A stretch of DNA of 64,000 nt, taken from Planctomycetota bacterium. Its GTDB lineage: Bacteria; Planctomycetota; JAJSAM01. The first letter of the stretch is position 1. Each line of letters opens with the position of its first letter. The position numbers and the translations under genes were made by a program. Below, one piece after another: positions 1 through 9,400 of the stretch. The stretch is from positions 27,880-91,879 of the forward strand of contig JAJSAM010000024.1 in NCBI GenBank assembly GCA_024274785.1, given 5' to 3'. The notes below the pieces were generated by a model. It ran no database searches. It saw only the letters and a program-made list of their open reading frames with translations, and was not told the DNA's origin.

Positions 1-465
1 TTCGACGGCACGATCCGGTACTACCTGGCGCGCACGCTCTTCACGCGGGGCAGGTTCGACGAGGCCGGCGGGCAACTCGAAGCGGCCTTTCACCTGGCCC
101 GCGGCAAGGGCGAACTGCTGTTCCGCATCGGCTCGATGGCCTTCCGCATGCAGCTCCCCTTCGCCGCGGATGCCCTGCGGGAGGCCGGTGCGCTCGAACC
201 GAAGCACTTTACCGCCGCGATGAAGGGCCTCCCCGCGGCAATGGTTCCGAAGGTCGTCCCGGAGCGCCCCTTCGCCTACGAGCAACTCGGCAAGTGGCAT
301 CGCACGAGAGGGGAGAACGAGGAGGCGATCTCCGCATTCTGGAAGGCGTTTCTGCTCAGCAGGGGCCGCGCCTCCACCGCCCACCTGGTAAAGCTCTACA
401 AGCAGATGGGCCGGGAGGAGGAGGGCCGGAGGGAGTTCCAGAAACGCGGAGCAAAGTGGCCATGA
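1..465 (+). CDS. TPR-like repeat protein, C-terminal fragment (the 5' end lies outside the window)
   Basis: Frame 1 is open from base 1 to the TGA at 463-465. The translation FDGTIRYYLARTLFTRGRFDEAGGQLEAAFHLARGKGE... is helical-repeat/TPR-like. Confidence 0.4.
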   Translation, partial: FDGTIRYYLARTLFTRGRFDEAGGQLEAAFHLARGKGELLFRIGSMAFRMQLPFAADALREAGALEPKHFTAAMKGLPAAMVPKVVPERPFAYEQLGKWHRTRGENEEAISAFWKAFLLSRGRASTAHLVKLYKQMGREEEGRREFQKRGAKWP

Positions 466-942
466 ACCGTTCGGAGGGTCGGGCATTGTCCCGACCACAC
501 ACACCCGTTCGCTTTCCTCGGGAGTTGCGCCTGTGCCGACTGATCGCCCGCCGAGCCTCCAGCACAAGGTGTGCTCCGGTTCCGTCCCCGAAACGCCAGC
601 GGTACTGGTTCCGTTCCGTGTCGGTCCTCATGAGCTTCTTCAGTCTGGCGGGTTCCTCTTCCGAGAACACCCATCGAGTCTGGCTGAGCAGCCGGAACAC
701 CAGCCGGTCCCGGGCGGCATTCCCCGGTTCGCCCATCCACCCCGCGCGGCCTCTCCGTTCGTGATCGCGACCCTCTCGAACTCAACACCGTACTCTTCGA
801 GCGCGATCCTGCCGGTGACGTATTCCCACGTGGAACACGCGGGCACTCCTCCCACTCGGCTCGGTCATCACCGCGCCGACCTGGCCCGCTTGCTGGGAAT
901 GCACCCCGGCATGGGCTCGAAGCTGCTACATTCCCCCCTTCC

Positions 943-2199
943 ATGCGTGTCCTTCTCTTTGCCTACTACTTTCCGCCCATGGGCGGGATCGGGAGCCTCC
1001 GGGCGCTCGGGTTCGCGCGGCACCTGCCGGCGGCCGGGGTGGAGGTCTCCGTGATCGCGCCGCGAACCGGGAGTTACGGGCTCGATCCGTCGCTCGCGGA
1101 GCCTTCGGGCATCCGCGTCGCGCGCACCGGCAGCCTCGAGCCCTCCATGCTGCTCGGCCGGGGCGGCCGGGCCGGGGCGCCTTCAGGCGGACCATCGGCG
1201 CCGAAGGGAAGTTCCTCGGGGCTCAAGGCCTGCGTTCGTCGGCTCGTGCACCGCGTCCTCTACATCCCCGATGCCAACATCGGCTGGGTTCCGCCCGCCG
1301 TGGCCGCCGGGAGGCGCGAGGCCCGCGAATTTCCCCCGGACATCGTGTTCTCCTCCTCGCCGCCGTTCTCCTGCCACATCGCCGCGTCCATCACTGCGCA
1401 GCGCCTGGGAGTGCCCCACGTCGCCGATTTTCGCGATTTCTTCTCGAGCCAGCGTCTCTTCGGGGGGCTCCGGGAGAAGATCGACCTCCGCATCGAGAAT
1501 CGGGTCCTCCGGCATGTCACGGACTACACCGCGGCCACGCAGGGGGTCCGGGAAGTGGTCCGTTCGCGGGCGAGGGGAACCGGAATGACCCTCCTGAACG
1601 GCTACGACGAGGAGGACTTCGCGGGAGATGCGCTGCCGTTCCGCGAACCGTTCACGCTGGTCCACATCGGCACCACCTACGCCGGGCGGCGCGACCCGCG
1701 GCCGTTCTTCGAGGCGGTTCGCGCGCTGGCCGGGGAGGGATGCGAATTCCGGGTGCGGTTCGTCGGCGCCCCGGATCCGGACCTCGAGGCTCTGGCCGCG
1801 GCAGCGGGCGTCGCCGGCCGGTGCGACTTCGCCGGTTTCACTACCCACGAGGAAGCGGTGGCCGAGATGCGCCGGGCCGGTGCACTGCTCCTCATGCTCT
1901 GGGCAGAGGACGGGCACATTGCCCGGGGGACGGTGGCCGGGAAGACGCTCGAGTACCTGCGGTCCGGCCGCCCGATTCTCTATCTCGGCCCCACGGACGG
2001 CGAGACCCCGGACCTCTTGCGGGAACTCGGTGGATCGCTCTTCGCGAGAAGCGAGGACGTCGCCAAGATGACCTCGGCGCTGCGGGCCCTCATGGATGGC
2101 GAGGCGCCCGCACCGGCCGACCCGGATCGCCTTGCGCCATACTGCCGCCGCGCGCAGGCCGGGCGTCTGGCTGGCCGGTTTCGGGAGGTAGTGGCATGA
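943..2199 (+). CDS. Glycosyltransferase (GT-B fold, GT4-like)
   Basis: ATG at 943. N-terminal MRVLLFAYYFPPMGGIGSLRALGFARHL is typical of GT4 enzymes. The C-terminal half (EYLRSGRPILYLGPTDGETPDL) is Rossmann-like. Its stop overlaps the next start (ATGA). Confidence 0.75.
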   Translation: MRVLLFAYYFPPMGGIGSLRALGFARHLPAAGVEVSVIAPRTGSYGLDPSLAEPSGIRVARTGSLEPSMLLGRGGRAGAPSGGPSAPKGSSSGLKACVRRLVHRVLYIPDANIGWVPPAVAAGRREAREFPPDIVFSSSPPFSCHIAASITAQRLGVPHVADFRDFFSSQRLFGGLREKIDLRIENRVLRHVTDYTAATQGVREVVRSRARGTGMTLLNGYDEEDFAGDALPFREPFTLVHIGTTYAGRRDPRPFFEAVRALAGEGCEFRVRFVGAPDPDLEALAAAAGVAGRCDFAGFTTHEEAVAEMRRAGALLLMLWAEDGHIARGTVAGKTLEYLRSGRPILYLGPTDGETPDLLRELGGSLFARSEDVAKMTSALRALMDGEAPAPADPDRLAPYCRRAQAGRLAGRFREVVA

Positions 2200-3989
2200 G
2201 TCCCGGAACGGTCTCCGCCCTCATCTCCCTCGGCGTCGGCTTCGGCGCCGCGGCGCTGTTCACCCCGGTCAGCATCCGGATCGCGAAGAGAAACGGCGCG
2301 GTGGCCCGCCCGGTCAAGGATCGCTGGAACCGCCGGGAGGTCCCGGTCCTCGGCGGCACCGCCATCTTCGCCGGATTCGTGATCGCCTTCCTCGTCACCG
2401 GTACGCTCGGAACCCACACCATCGGAATCCTCGCCGGGGCGACGCTCCTCTTCCTGCTCGGGCTGGTGGACGACCTTCGGCACCTGCGCCCGGCGACGAA
2501 GCTGGTCGGACAGATCGTGGCCGCCACGATCCTCATCGTCTTCGGCGTGCAGGCCCGCTTCGTCGACAACCAGCTGCTGACGATCCCGGTGACGATCATC
2601 TGGGTGGTCGGGGTCACGAACGCTTTCAACCTGATCGACAACATGGACGGCCTCTGCGCCGGCGTGGGCACGATCGCCGCCGTCGCCCTCGGCGCCTACG
2701 CGCTGCGCTACGATGTCGAGCCCTTCCCGCAGGTGGTGAGCCTGGTCTTCGCCCTGGCGGGGGCGCAGGCCGGGTTCCTGCTCTACAACGTCAATCCCGC
2801 ACGCACCTTCATGGGGGACTCCGGCGCTCTCGTGATCGGCTTCGTCCTTTCCGCGGCGGCGATCCTCGGCACCTTCGAGCACGCCGGCAACCTCTTCATC
2901 ATCCTCTCGGTGCCCGTTTTCGTCCTCGCGGTGCCCATCTTCGACACCACGTTCGTCACCATCGTCCGGAAGTTCCACCACCGCCGGGTCTCGCAGGGCG
3001 GCCGGGACCACCTCTCGCACCGGCTGGTGGCGGTGGGGATGAGCGAGCGCCGCGCGGTACTCGCGCTCTGGTCCATCTGCGCGGTGCTGGCCGGCCTCGG
3101 CGTGGCGGCGAGCTATCTCGACCTCTTCGCCAACCTCGTCCTGATGGGCATTTCGGTGATCTTCGTTGTGATTTTCGCCATCTTCCTCGGCGAGGTGGCG
3201 ATCTACCGCACCGCCGCCGACGAACCGGAAGGCGCGGCGGGGGAGGAGATCCGGAAGACCTTCCTGAACTACGTTCGCGGCACTTCCCTCGTGCTGCTCG
3301 ACCTGGTGTTGATCTGTCTGGCCTACCTCGGGGCCTACCTGATCTTCTTCGATGGGAATATCCCCGACGCGGATCACGCCCGGCTCCTCGAGTCCCTGCC
3401 GGTGCTGATCATCTCCCAGTCGGTGTTCTTCTACGTTTTCCGGCTCTACCAGGGCTTCTGGCGCTACTTCGGGGTGGGCGACCTGCTCGCGGTGCTGAAG
3501 GCGGTGGTCACCGGCTCGGTCGTGGCGGTGCTGCTCGTCGTCGTCTTCTTCCGGTTCCGCTTCTACAGCCGCGCCATCTTCATGATCGATGCGATGCTGC
3601 TCTTCCTGCTGATCAGCGGGACGCGGTTCATGTTCCGGGCGCTCCGGGAATCGCGGGTGCCGTCGGACGGGCGCCGCGTGCTCATCGTGGGCGCCGGAGA
3701 CCGGGGCGAGCTGTCGCTGCGCTCCCTGAAGACCCGCGGGGGAGGCGAATACGTCGCCGTGGGATTCCTCGACGAGGACCGGGCCCTGCGCCGTCGCAAG
3801 ATCCTCGGCGTTCCCGTCCTCGGCACGCTCGGCGATCTGGAACGGGCGGTTGGCGAGTCCGGTGCGGACGAAGTCGTTCTCGCCCTCAGGATCGAAGGGG
3901 AGGAGCTGGCCGATCTGAAGGCCCGCTGCCGGGAACTCGATCTCCCACTCCTGCTCTCCCCGGCCACGCAGGAGTTCGTGGAACTCTGA
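2196..3989 (+). CDS. WecA/MraY-family polyprenyl-phosphate sugar-1-phosphate transferase with an extra C-terminal membrane + Rossmann-like (CapD-N / CoA-binding-like) domain
   Basis: ATG at 2196 overlaps the upstream stop. About 10 TM helices with the MraY/WecA motifs (NAFNLIDNMDGL, DTTFVTIVRK). The C-terminal RRVLIVGAGDRGELSLRSL...VLGTLGDL resembles the N-terminal regulatory domain of WbaP/CapD enzymes. Confidence 0.7.
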   Translation: MSPGTVSALISLGVGFGAAALFTPVSIRIAKRNGAVARPVKDRWNRREVPVLGGTAIFAGFVIAFLVTGTLGTHTIGILAGATLLFLLGLVDDLRHLRPATKLVGQIVAATILIVFGVQARFVDNQLLTIPVTIIWVVGVTNAFNLIDNMDGLCAGVGTIAAVALGAYALRYDVEPFPQVVSLVFALAGAQAGFLLYNVNPARTFMGDSGALVIGFVLSAAAILGTFEHAGNLFIILSVPVFVLAVPIFDTTFVTIVRKFHHRRVSQGGRDHLSHRLVAVGMSERRAVLALWSICAVLAGLGVAASYLDLFANLVLMGISVIFVVIFAIFLGEVAIYRTAADEPEGAAGEEIRKTFLNYVRGTSLVLLDLVLICLAYLGAYLIFFDGNIPDADHARLLESLPVLIISQSVFFYVFRLYQGFWRYFGVGDLLAVLKAVVTGSVVAVLLVVVFFRFRFYSRAIFMIDAMLLFLLISGTRFMFRALRESRVPSDGRRVLIVGAGDRGELSLRSLKTRGGGEYVAVGFLDEDRALRRRKILGVPVLGTLGDLERAVGESGADEVVLALRIEGEELADLKARCRELDLPLLLSPATQEFVEL

Positions 3990-4090
3990 AAACCGGGGAG
4001 CCGACAAAGGAACGGCCCGTCGCTGCCGATAAAGAACTAACATGCGGCCTGGCGTGAGCCGATGTCTGATCCGAGAGTAGCGAGAGTAGG

Positions 4091-4119
4091 TTGACCCCTC
4101 AAGGTGGGGGGGATAGCAT
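4091..4119 (+). promoter_or_regulatory. Sigma70-type promoter candidate (TTGACC-N17-TAGCAT) for the 4157 operon
   Basis: ttgacc at 4091-4096, a 17-nt spacer containing a G7 run, and tagcat at 4114-4119, about 38 nt upstream of the ATG at 4157. The same architecture recurs at 13923 and 25934. Confidence 0.4.
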
Positions 4120-4156
4120 TCTGCGGGCTTATCCGGGGCCTTTGAGGGTTTGCGAC

Positions 4157-5710
4157 ATGGCGGATTTCGGACGGCGGGCTCCTCTTGTCCTCGTCACCGT
4201 TCTGTTCATGGCCCTCCTCTCCGCCCGCCCCGTCTTTTCCGCCGGTCCGAAAGGGAAGGATCTCGAGCGGAACCTCCGGACGAAGATCAAGCTCGTCTTC
4301 CTGTTCGAGAAGGACCTGCCCGACCTGGCGAAGCGGGGACAGGGGATCTCCCAGCTCGAGAACGAGATCCGCGGCGCCCTGGAGGCCGAGCCGGAAGCGT
4401 CCGGGATCCTCGACCTTTTCCACGACCTGCAACTCGCGTGGGCGAAACTCGAGCTGTCGCGGGGCGATGTCGATCAGGCGATCCTGCACTTCGAGGAGAT
4501 CATCCGGAGCGGTCCATCCTCCCGTGGCTATCAGGAAGCGGCGCTGACCACCGCTGATCTCCACGTGTCCCGGGGCGCGGCCTTCGAGGATGCCGGAGAC
4601 GACGGGCAGGCGCTGCTGAAGTATGGCCGGGCGGAGGAACTCTACCGGGCGGCCGGGCGGGAAGATCGCGCCCTGGAGATCGGGCGGAAGAGCGCCACCA
4701 TCGAGGCCAAGGAAGGGCTCAAGGCCTACCGCGTCAAGGACTACGACCTGGCCTTCGGGATCCTCTCGAAACTGGCGGCGCGCAAGCGGCCCGGGTTCGC
4801 CGGCAGCGAGGGCGACCAGGCCCTGGCCTGGATGGTCGAGCAGACCGGTGTGTTGACCGTGACGACCCTGGCCGTGCCGGCGCAGGTGCCCGGCCAGGAC
4901 GTCACCGGACTCGAGATCGCCCTGGAGCGCACGGGCCGGGGGGCGGAGACCAGGCGCCCGTTCGCGGCGAAGTTCCGCTGGGAGGTCGGTGAGTACCGCC
5001 TCGGGCTGTTGGGCCGGGATGGGAAGATGGTCCTCTCGGTCCCCGTCAAGCTGACCCGGGCGGGCGGGACCGCCTCGATCCCCTCGAAGCTCCCCGACGG
5101 CATGGCCTTCATACCGGCGGGGGGCAAGGTCTCGCGCCCCTTCTTCATCGACAAGACCGAGGTGACGGTGCAGGCGTTCACGAAGGTGTTTCCGTCCCAC
5201 CGCTGCCGGTCTTCACGGGCGAATTTTACCGCCTACGGAGTCACCTTCGCCGAGGCGAAGAGCTACGCCTCGAAGGTCGGTAAGAAACTGCCCAGCGAGC
5301 AGCAGTGGCTGCGCGCGGCATTTGGCGACAAGAACGAGAAGTACCCCTGGGGCAACACCGACGCCGGATCGATCAATCGACACTGCAACGTCGGGACTCG
5401 CGGACCGACCGCGGTGGGCAGCTTTCCGTCGGGGCGCAACGATTTCGGCCTCGACGACATGGCCGGGAACGTCTGGGAGTGGCTCGCGGACGAGTACGCC
5501 ATCGGTGGAGGGTTCGGCAGGAGCCGGCTGGCGACAAACCGGGCTCCGGCGGGCTGGACGCACCCCGTGGATTATCTGAGGCACAAGAAGCCAAGCAGCC
5601 GTCTTTACGATACCTTCGAGGATCTGGTCCGGCAGCAGAAGTACGACAAATACCGCGTCACTGACGAGAAGTTGGAAGAGGTGGGTTTCCGATGCGTACT
5701 CGAATTCTGA
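4157..5710 (+). CDS. Secreted TPR-like protein with a C-terminal FGE-sulfatase (SUMF1-like) domain, probably non-catalytic
   Basis: Signal peptide MADFGRRAPLVLVTVLFMALLSARPVFSA. The C-terminal YPWGN...DMAGNVWEWLADEY...GFRC matches the FGE fold, but the CxxxxC catalytic cysteine pair is not evident. Confidence 0.7.
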   Translation: MADFGRRAPLVLVTVLFMALLSARPVFSAGPKGKDLERNLRTKIKLVFLFEKDLPDLAKRGQGISQLENEIRGALEAEPEASGILDLFHDLQLAWAKLELSRGDVDQAILHFEEIIRSGPSSRGYQEAALTTADLHVSRGAAFEDAGDDGQALLKYGRAEELYRAAGREDRALEIGRKSATIEAKEGLKAYRVKDYDLAFGILSKLAARKRPGFAGSEGDQALAWMVEQTGVLTVTTLAVPAQVPGQDVTGLEIALERTGRGAETRRPFAAKFRWEVGEYRLGLLGRDGKMVLSVPVKLTRAGGTASIPSKLPDGMAFIPAGGKVSRPFFIDKTEVTVQAFTKVFPSHRCRSSRANFTAYGVTFAEAKSYASKVGKKLPSEQQWLRAAFGDKNEKYPWGNTDAGSINRHCNVGTRGPTAVGSFPSGRNDFGLDDMAGNVWEWLADEYAIGGGFGRSRLATNRAPAGWTHPVDYLRHKKPSSRLYDTFEDLVRQQKYDKYRVTDEKLEEVGFRCVLEF

Positions 5711-6462
5711 TCACGACCGCAGTTGCGCTGCTGGTTTCGTTCGCCTTCGTCCTTTCCGGCTGCCAGAACGGTTCGCCTCCGAACGGTAAGGGGGGGAGCC
5801 AGCCGGCCGGAAGCGCCGGAGTCAAGGCGCCGGCACCGGGAGCGAAGTTCCTGGGGGGGCAGCTTGTGCTCGAGTCCATCTCGGTTCCCGCCTCGGCCGG
5901 CCAGCCGGTCACCGTGGTCCTGAAGAACGTCGCCGGGCAGGCGCTCGAAGGGCTGACCATTCAGATGATCTTTCTGAGTCCATCCACGGACGGGATGTCC
6001 GAGTTCGACAGCGAGAAAGTCATCGACGAGGTCAACAAGCTCTACAAGAACGAGAGCCACACCCTCTCCGTGAACCGGGGCGGTCGCGGCAAGCTCCTGG
6101 AAGTCAGGCTGAACGTGAGTTCCGGAGAGACCCGGTTCATGCCGACCACGACCCGGGAGGGCGGTGTTCCGGGCAGCCGGCTGCTCGGCGGACTCCTCGA
6201 GGTCGTCGGAGTGGATAACCGGCTGACCTTCGAACCTCCGTCCATCTCCTTCACCGTGGAGAACGTCTCGAACAAGGTGGTCGAGGGCTTCGGGTTCCAG
6301 GTTGTTCTGCGGCAGAGGAACGGGAAGCTCGTGGAGACTCGCTGGCAGGAGGTGGTCGAGAGCCTGCCTCCCGGGGGGAAGCTCACGTTGAGCGCGGATC
6401 TCTCCGGCAATGACGTCGGAGCCGCCGAGTCCGTTCTCAAGATCAGGTGGGAAGACATCTAG
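5692..6462 (+). CDS. Lipoprotein, hypothetical
   Basis: ATG at 5692, overlapping the upstream gene by 19 nt. MRTRILITTAVALLVSFAFVLSGC is a lipobox signal peptide. About 230 aa of predicted beta-rich periplasmic domain follow. Confidence 0.6.
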   Translation: MRTRILITTAVALLVSFAFVLSGCQNGSPPNGKGGSQPAGSAGVKAPAPGAKFLGGQLVLESISVPASAGQPVTVVLKNVAGQALEGLTIQMIFLSPSTDGMSEFDSEKVIDEVNKLYKNESHTLSVNRGGRGKLLEVRLNVSSGETRFMPTTTREGGVPGSRLLGGLLEVVGVDNRLTFEPPSISFTVENVSNKVVEGFGFQVVLRQRNGKLVETRWQEVVESLPPGGKLTLSADLSGNDVGAAESVLKIRWEDI

Positions 6463-6466
6463 CCAG

Positions 6467-9400
6467 ATGGCCGACCTCTCCCTCAATTGCCCGAAGTGCG
6501 GCGGATCCGTCAACGTCCCCATCGAGGAGGACGTCAAGGAGTACGTCTGCACCCACTGCGGGGAGAAGAACGCCCTGCACGACAACCTCGGGCTCATGGG
6601 CGGCCACTACACCGACCCCCTGATCGGCGCGGTGGTCTCCGAGTGGGAGATCCAGGAGAAGGTGGGCGAGGGCGGATTCGGTTCGGTCTACCGCGCCTAC
6701 GACAAGAATCTCCAGCGGGCCGTGGCCATGAAGGTCATGCTCCCCTCGCTGACCTCCAACCTGGAGTTCGTTCAGAAATTCATCCGCGAGGCGATCACCG
6801 CGGCCCAGCTCAACCACCCGAACATCGTCGGGATTCACCGGGTCGGCCGCGACGAGGAGCGCAACCTCCACTTCCTGGTGATGGAGTTCCTGGAAGGGAA
6901 GACGCTCTCCGACATCATCGAGGAGACCGGGGAATTCGCGATCGACGAGGCCATCTCGATCATCTCGCAGTGCTCGGATGCCCTCGCGGTCGCGCACGAC
7001 AAGAACATCATCCACCGGGACATCAAGCCCGAGAACCTGATGATGGACGCGGCCGGTACGGTCAAGATCACGGACTTCGGCCTGGCCAAGACCATGTCGA
7101 CGGACCAGAAGTCCACCAAGGTGATGGGTACGCCCCACTACATGTCCCCCGAGCAGTTCGAGGGGAAGGCGGTGGACGGCCGGACGGACATCTACTCGTT
7201 GGGCGTGACCTTCTACTACATGCTGACGAAGGCCCAGCCCTACGAAGGCACGAACACCGTCCAGATCATCTACTCGATCCTGACGCAGGACCCGAAGCCG
7301 GTCATGGACCTCAACCCGGAGGTTCCCGAGGAGATCTGGCGAATCATCAAGAAGATGATCGCGAAGGACTCCGCCGATCGTTACGAGAACTTCCGCGAGG
7401 TCCGCACCGATCTCAGCAACTTCCAGGACGGGTCCCAGTCGCAGAAGGTGGTCTGCCCGAAGTGCGAGGTCAGCAACGTCCGCGGTCGCCGGTTCTGCCG
7501 GGAGTGCGGGACCAGCCTGCAGATCCGCTGTCCGCACTGCGGCAGCGAAGAGGTCGCGGGAACCAGGCACTGCGGTGAGTGCGGCGCCAACGTCGAGAAC
7601 CTGATCCAGATCCGCGAGAACCTCGGCCGCGGCGAGAAGCTCCGAGCTTTCGGGGATCTGAAGCGGGCTCTCGGCTTCTACCAGGAGGTCCTGCAACTCG
7701 ATCCGGACCACGCGGAGGCCCACGAAGCCACAAAGGCGATCCGGGACGATCTGCTGTCGATCGAGGCCAAGAAGGCCCGGGTGGACGCCCTGGTCGAGGA
7801 GGGCAACGCCGAAGGCGCCCTGGCCGAGGTCGACGGGCTGATGTCCAACTACCCGAAGATCGATGAGGTCAAGACCTACGGGCAGACCGTCCGGCGCTCC
7901 CTGCTGCACCGCGTCGTCGATGCGCACATGCTCCATGCCGAGCAGTGCCTCCAGAAGGGAGAGCTGGAATCCGCGCTCGAGGCCTACCAGAAGGCGCTCG
8001 GGGTGGACCCGGATCGGGCCGACGTGGCCGAGAAGCAGCGCGACCTGAAGACCCGCATGGCCGCGATGGAGCAGACCCTCGCGTCGGCGGAGACCGCCCT
8101 CTCGGACGGTCGGCACGAAGATGCGCTGCGAGCCGCACGCGACGTGCTGAACCTGAAGCCGGACCACCCGCGGGCGAACGAGATTCAGGAAGAGGCGAAA
8201 CGCTTCGTCGACAGTGTCGGGGGGTTCGTCAAGGAAGCGCGCGAACTCATCGAAAGGAGCGACTTCATACAGGCGATCTCGCGCCTGGAGATGGCGGCTG
8301 AGATCAGCCCCGGTGACGGCAGTGTGCAGTCCCTTCTGGCCGAGGCCGTCCGTCGACGTGACGCCTTCGATGAGAAGATCGGCAGCGCGCGACGCCTGCT
8401 GGCGGACGGTTCGCTCGACGAGGCCGAGAGCGAAGTGAAGGAAGCCCTCGCCGAGCGTCCCGACGACGCCGCCGCTCTCGGGCTCAAGCGGGAAGTCGAC
8501 GACCTGCTCGCCTCCCGTGCGAAGCACCTCGAGAACGAAGCCCTCGTCAAGGAGGGCCTCGATGCGGAACACCAGGGGGATCTCGAGCGGGCGAAGAAGT
8601 GCCTGAACCGCGCCTTGACGCGGGACCCGGAGAACGACGCCGCGGTTATCGCCCTCGACCGGCTGAAGAGCAAGATCACCGAGGCGAAGCGACTGCGCAC
8701 GGTCGCTCAGAGCCACAGCGACAAGGGAGAGTTCGGTCTGGCCGCGGCGACGTTGGACGAACTCGCCGAGCTTCTGCCCGGGGATCGCAGTGTCCTCGAG
8801 GAGGCGGAGGCGGCAAAGCAGAAGCAGGATGGTATCGACCAGGCCCTGCAACACGCATCCCAGGCGGTTGCCGCGAAGAACTTCGACGCCGCTCTCGTCG
8901 CCGCGGAGAAGGTCCTCGCCGCTTCGCCGCAGAATCGCCCGGCCCTGAACTTCCAGCGCGAAGCGGTTCGCGGCAAGGCGGCGATCGAGAAACACCTCGA
9001 AGAGGCCCGCGGCCTGATCGAGTCCGAACTCTTCGACGATGCCCTCGCCCTGCTCGAGAAGGCCGGGGAACTCGGCGCCACCGCCGACTCCGTCGAACGC
9101 CTTCGCGATGCGGCGGAGGAGGGCAAGGTCCTCCTGCTCAAGTCCGAGGCGACGCGTGCCTTCGAATTCAAGGACTTCAAGGGTGCGGAGGAGCGCTTCA
9201 GTCAGATCATCGAACTCGGCAAGGATGACCCGGACGCGGTCAAGGGCCTGAAACTCGCCGGGAAGATGATCCGCCGCGGGGAGCGGGAGACGGTGCTGCC
9301 GAAGTTGCTCATGGTGGTGGCGTCGCTGGCCGTTCTCTTCCTGATCCAGTTCAAGGCCCTTCAGGGTGAATCCACCTTCGATCCGGTGGACCCCGTGCAG

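Noticed and set aside
356-855. Small minus-strand ORFs (126 aa and 71 aa) in the 478-bp gap upstream of the first glycosyltransferase
   Set aside because: They have no RBS and no recognisable domain, and they partially overlap the TPR gene end. They could not be distinguished from chance ORFs, and the region more likely holds the GT promoter.
1740-2195. Upstream in-frame extension of the WecA-like ORF (ORF called from 1740)
   Set aside because: The extension overlaps the glycosyltransferase gene in another frame and is Arg/Gly-rich. The real start is the ATG at 2196 in the ATGA stop-start overlap.
1980-4043. 687-aa minus-strand ORF across the WecA-like gene. Similar very long antisense ORFs occur at 6443-9793, 11799-14342, 17468-19177, 39051-41279, 41149-43131, 43822-46212, 46367-48316 and 48640-50916.
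   Set aside because: These are GC-shadow ORFs typical of 68% GC DNA. Their translations are low-complexity (R/G/D/E/H/P-rich) with no recognisable motifs, and the sense strand carries clear conserved domains with RBS-supported starts.
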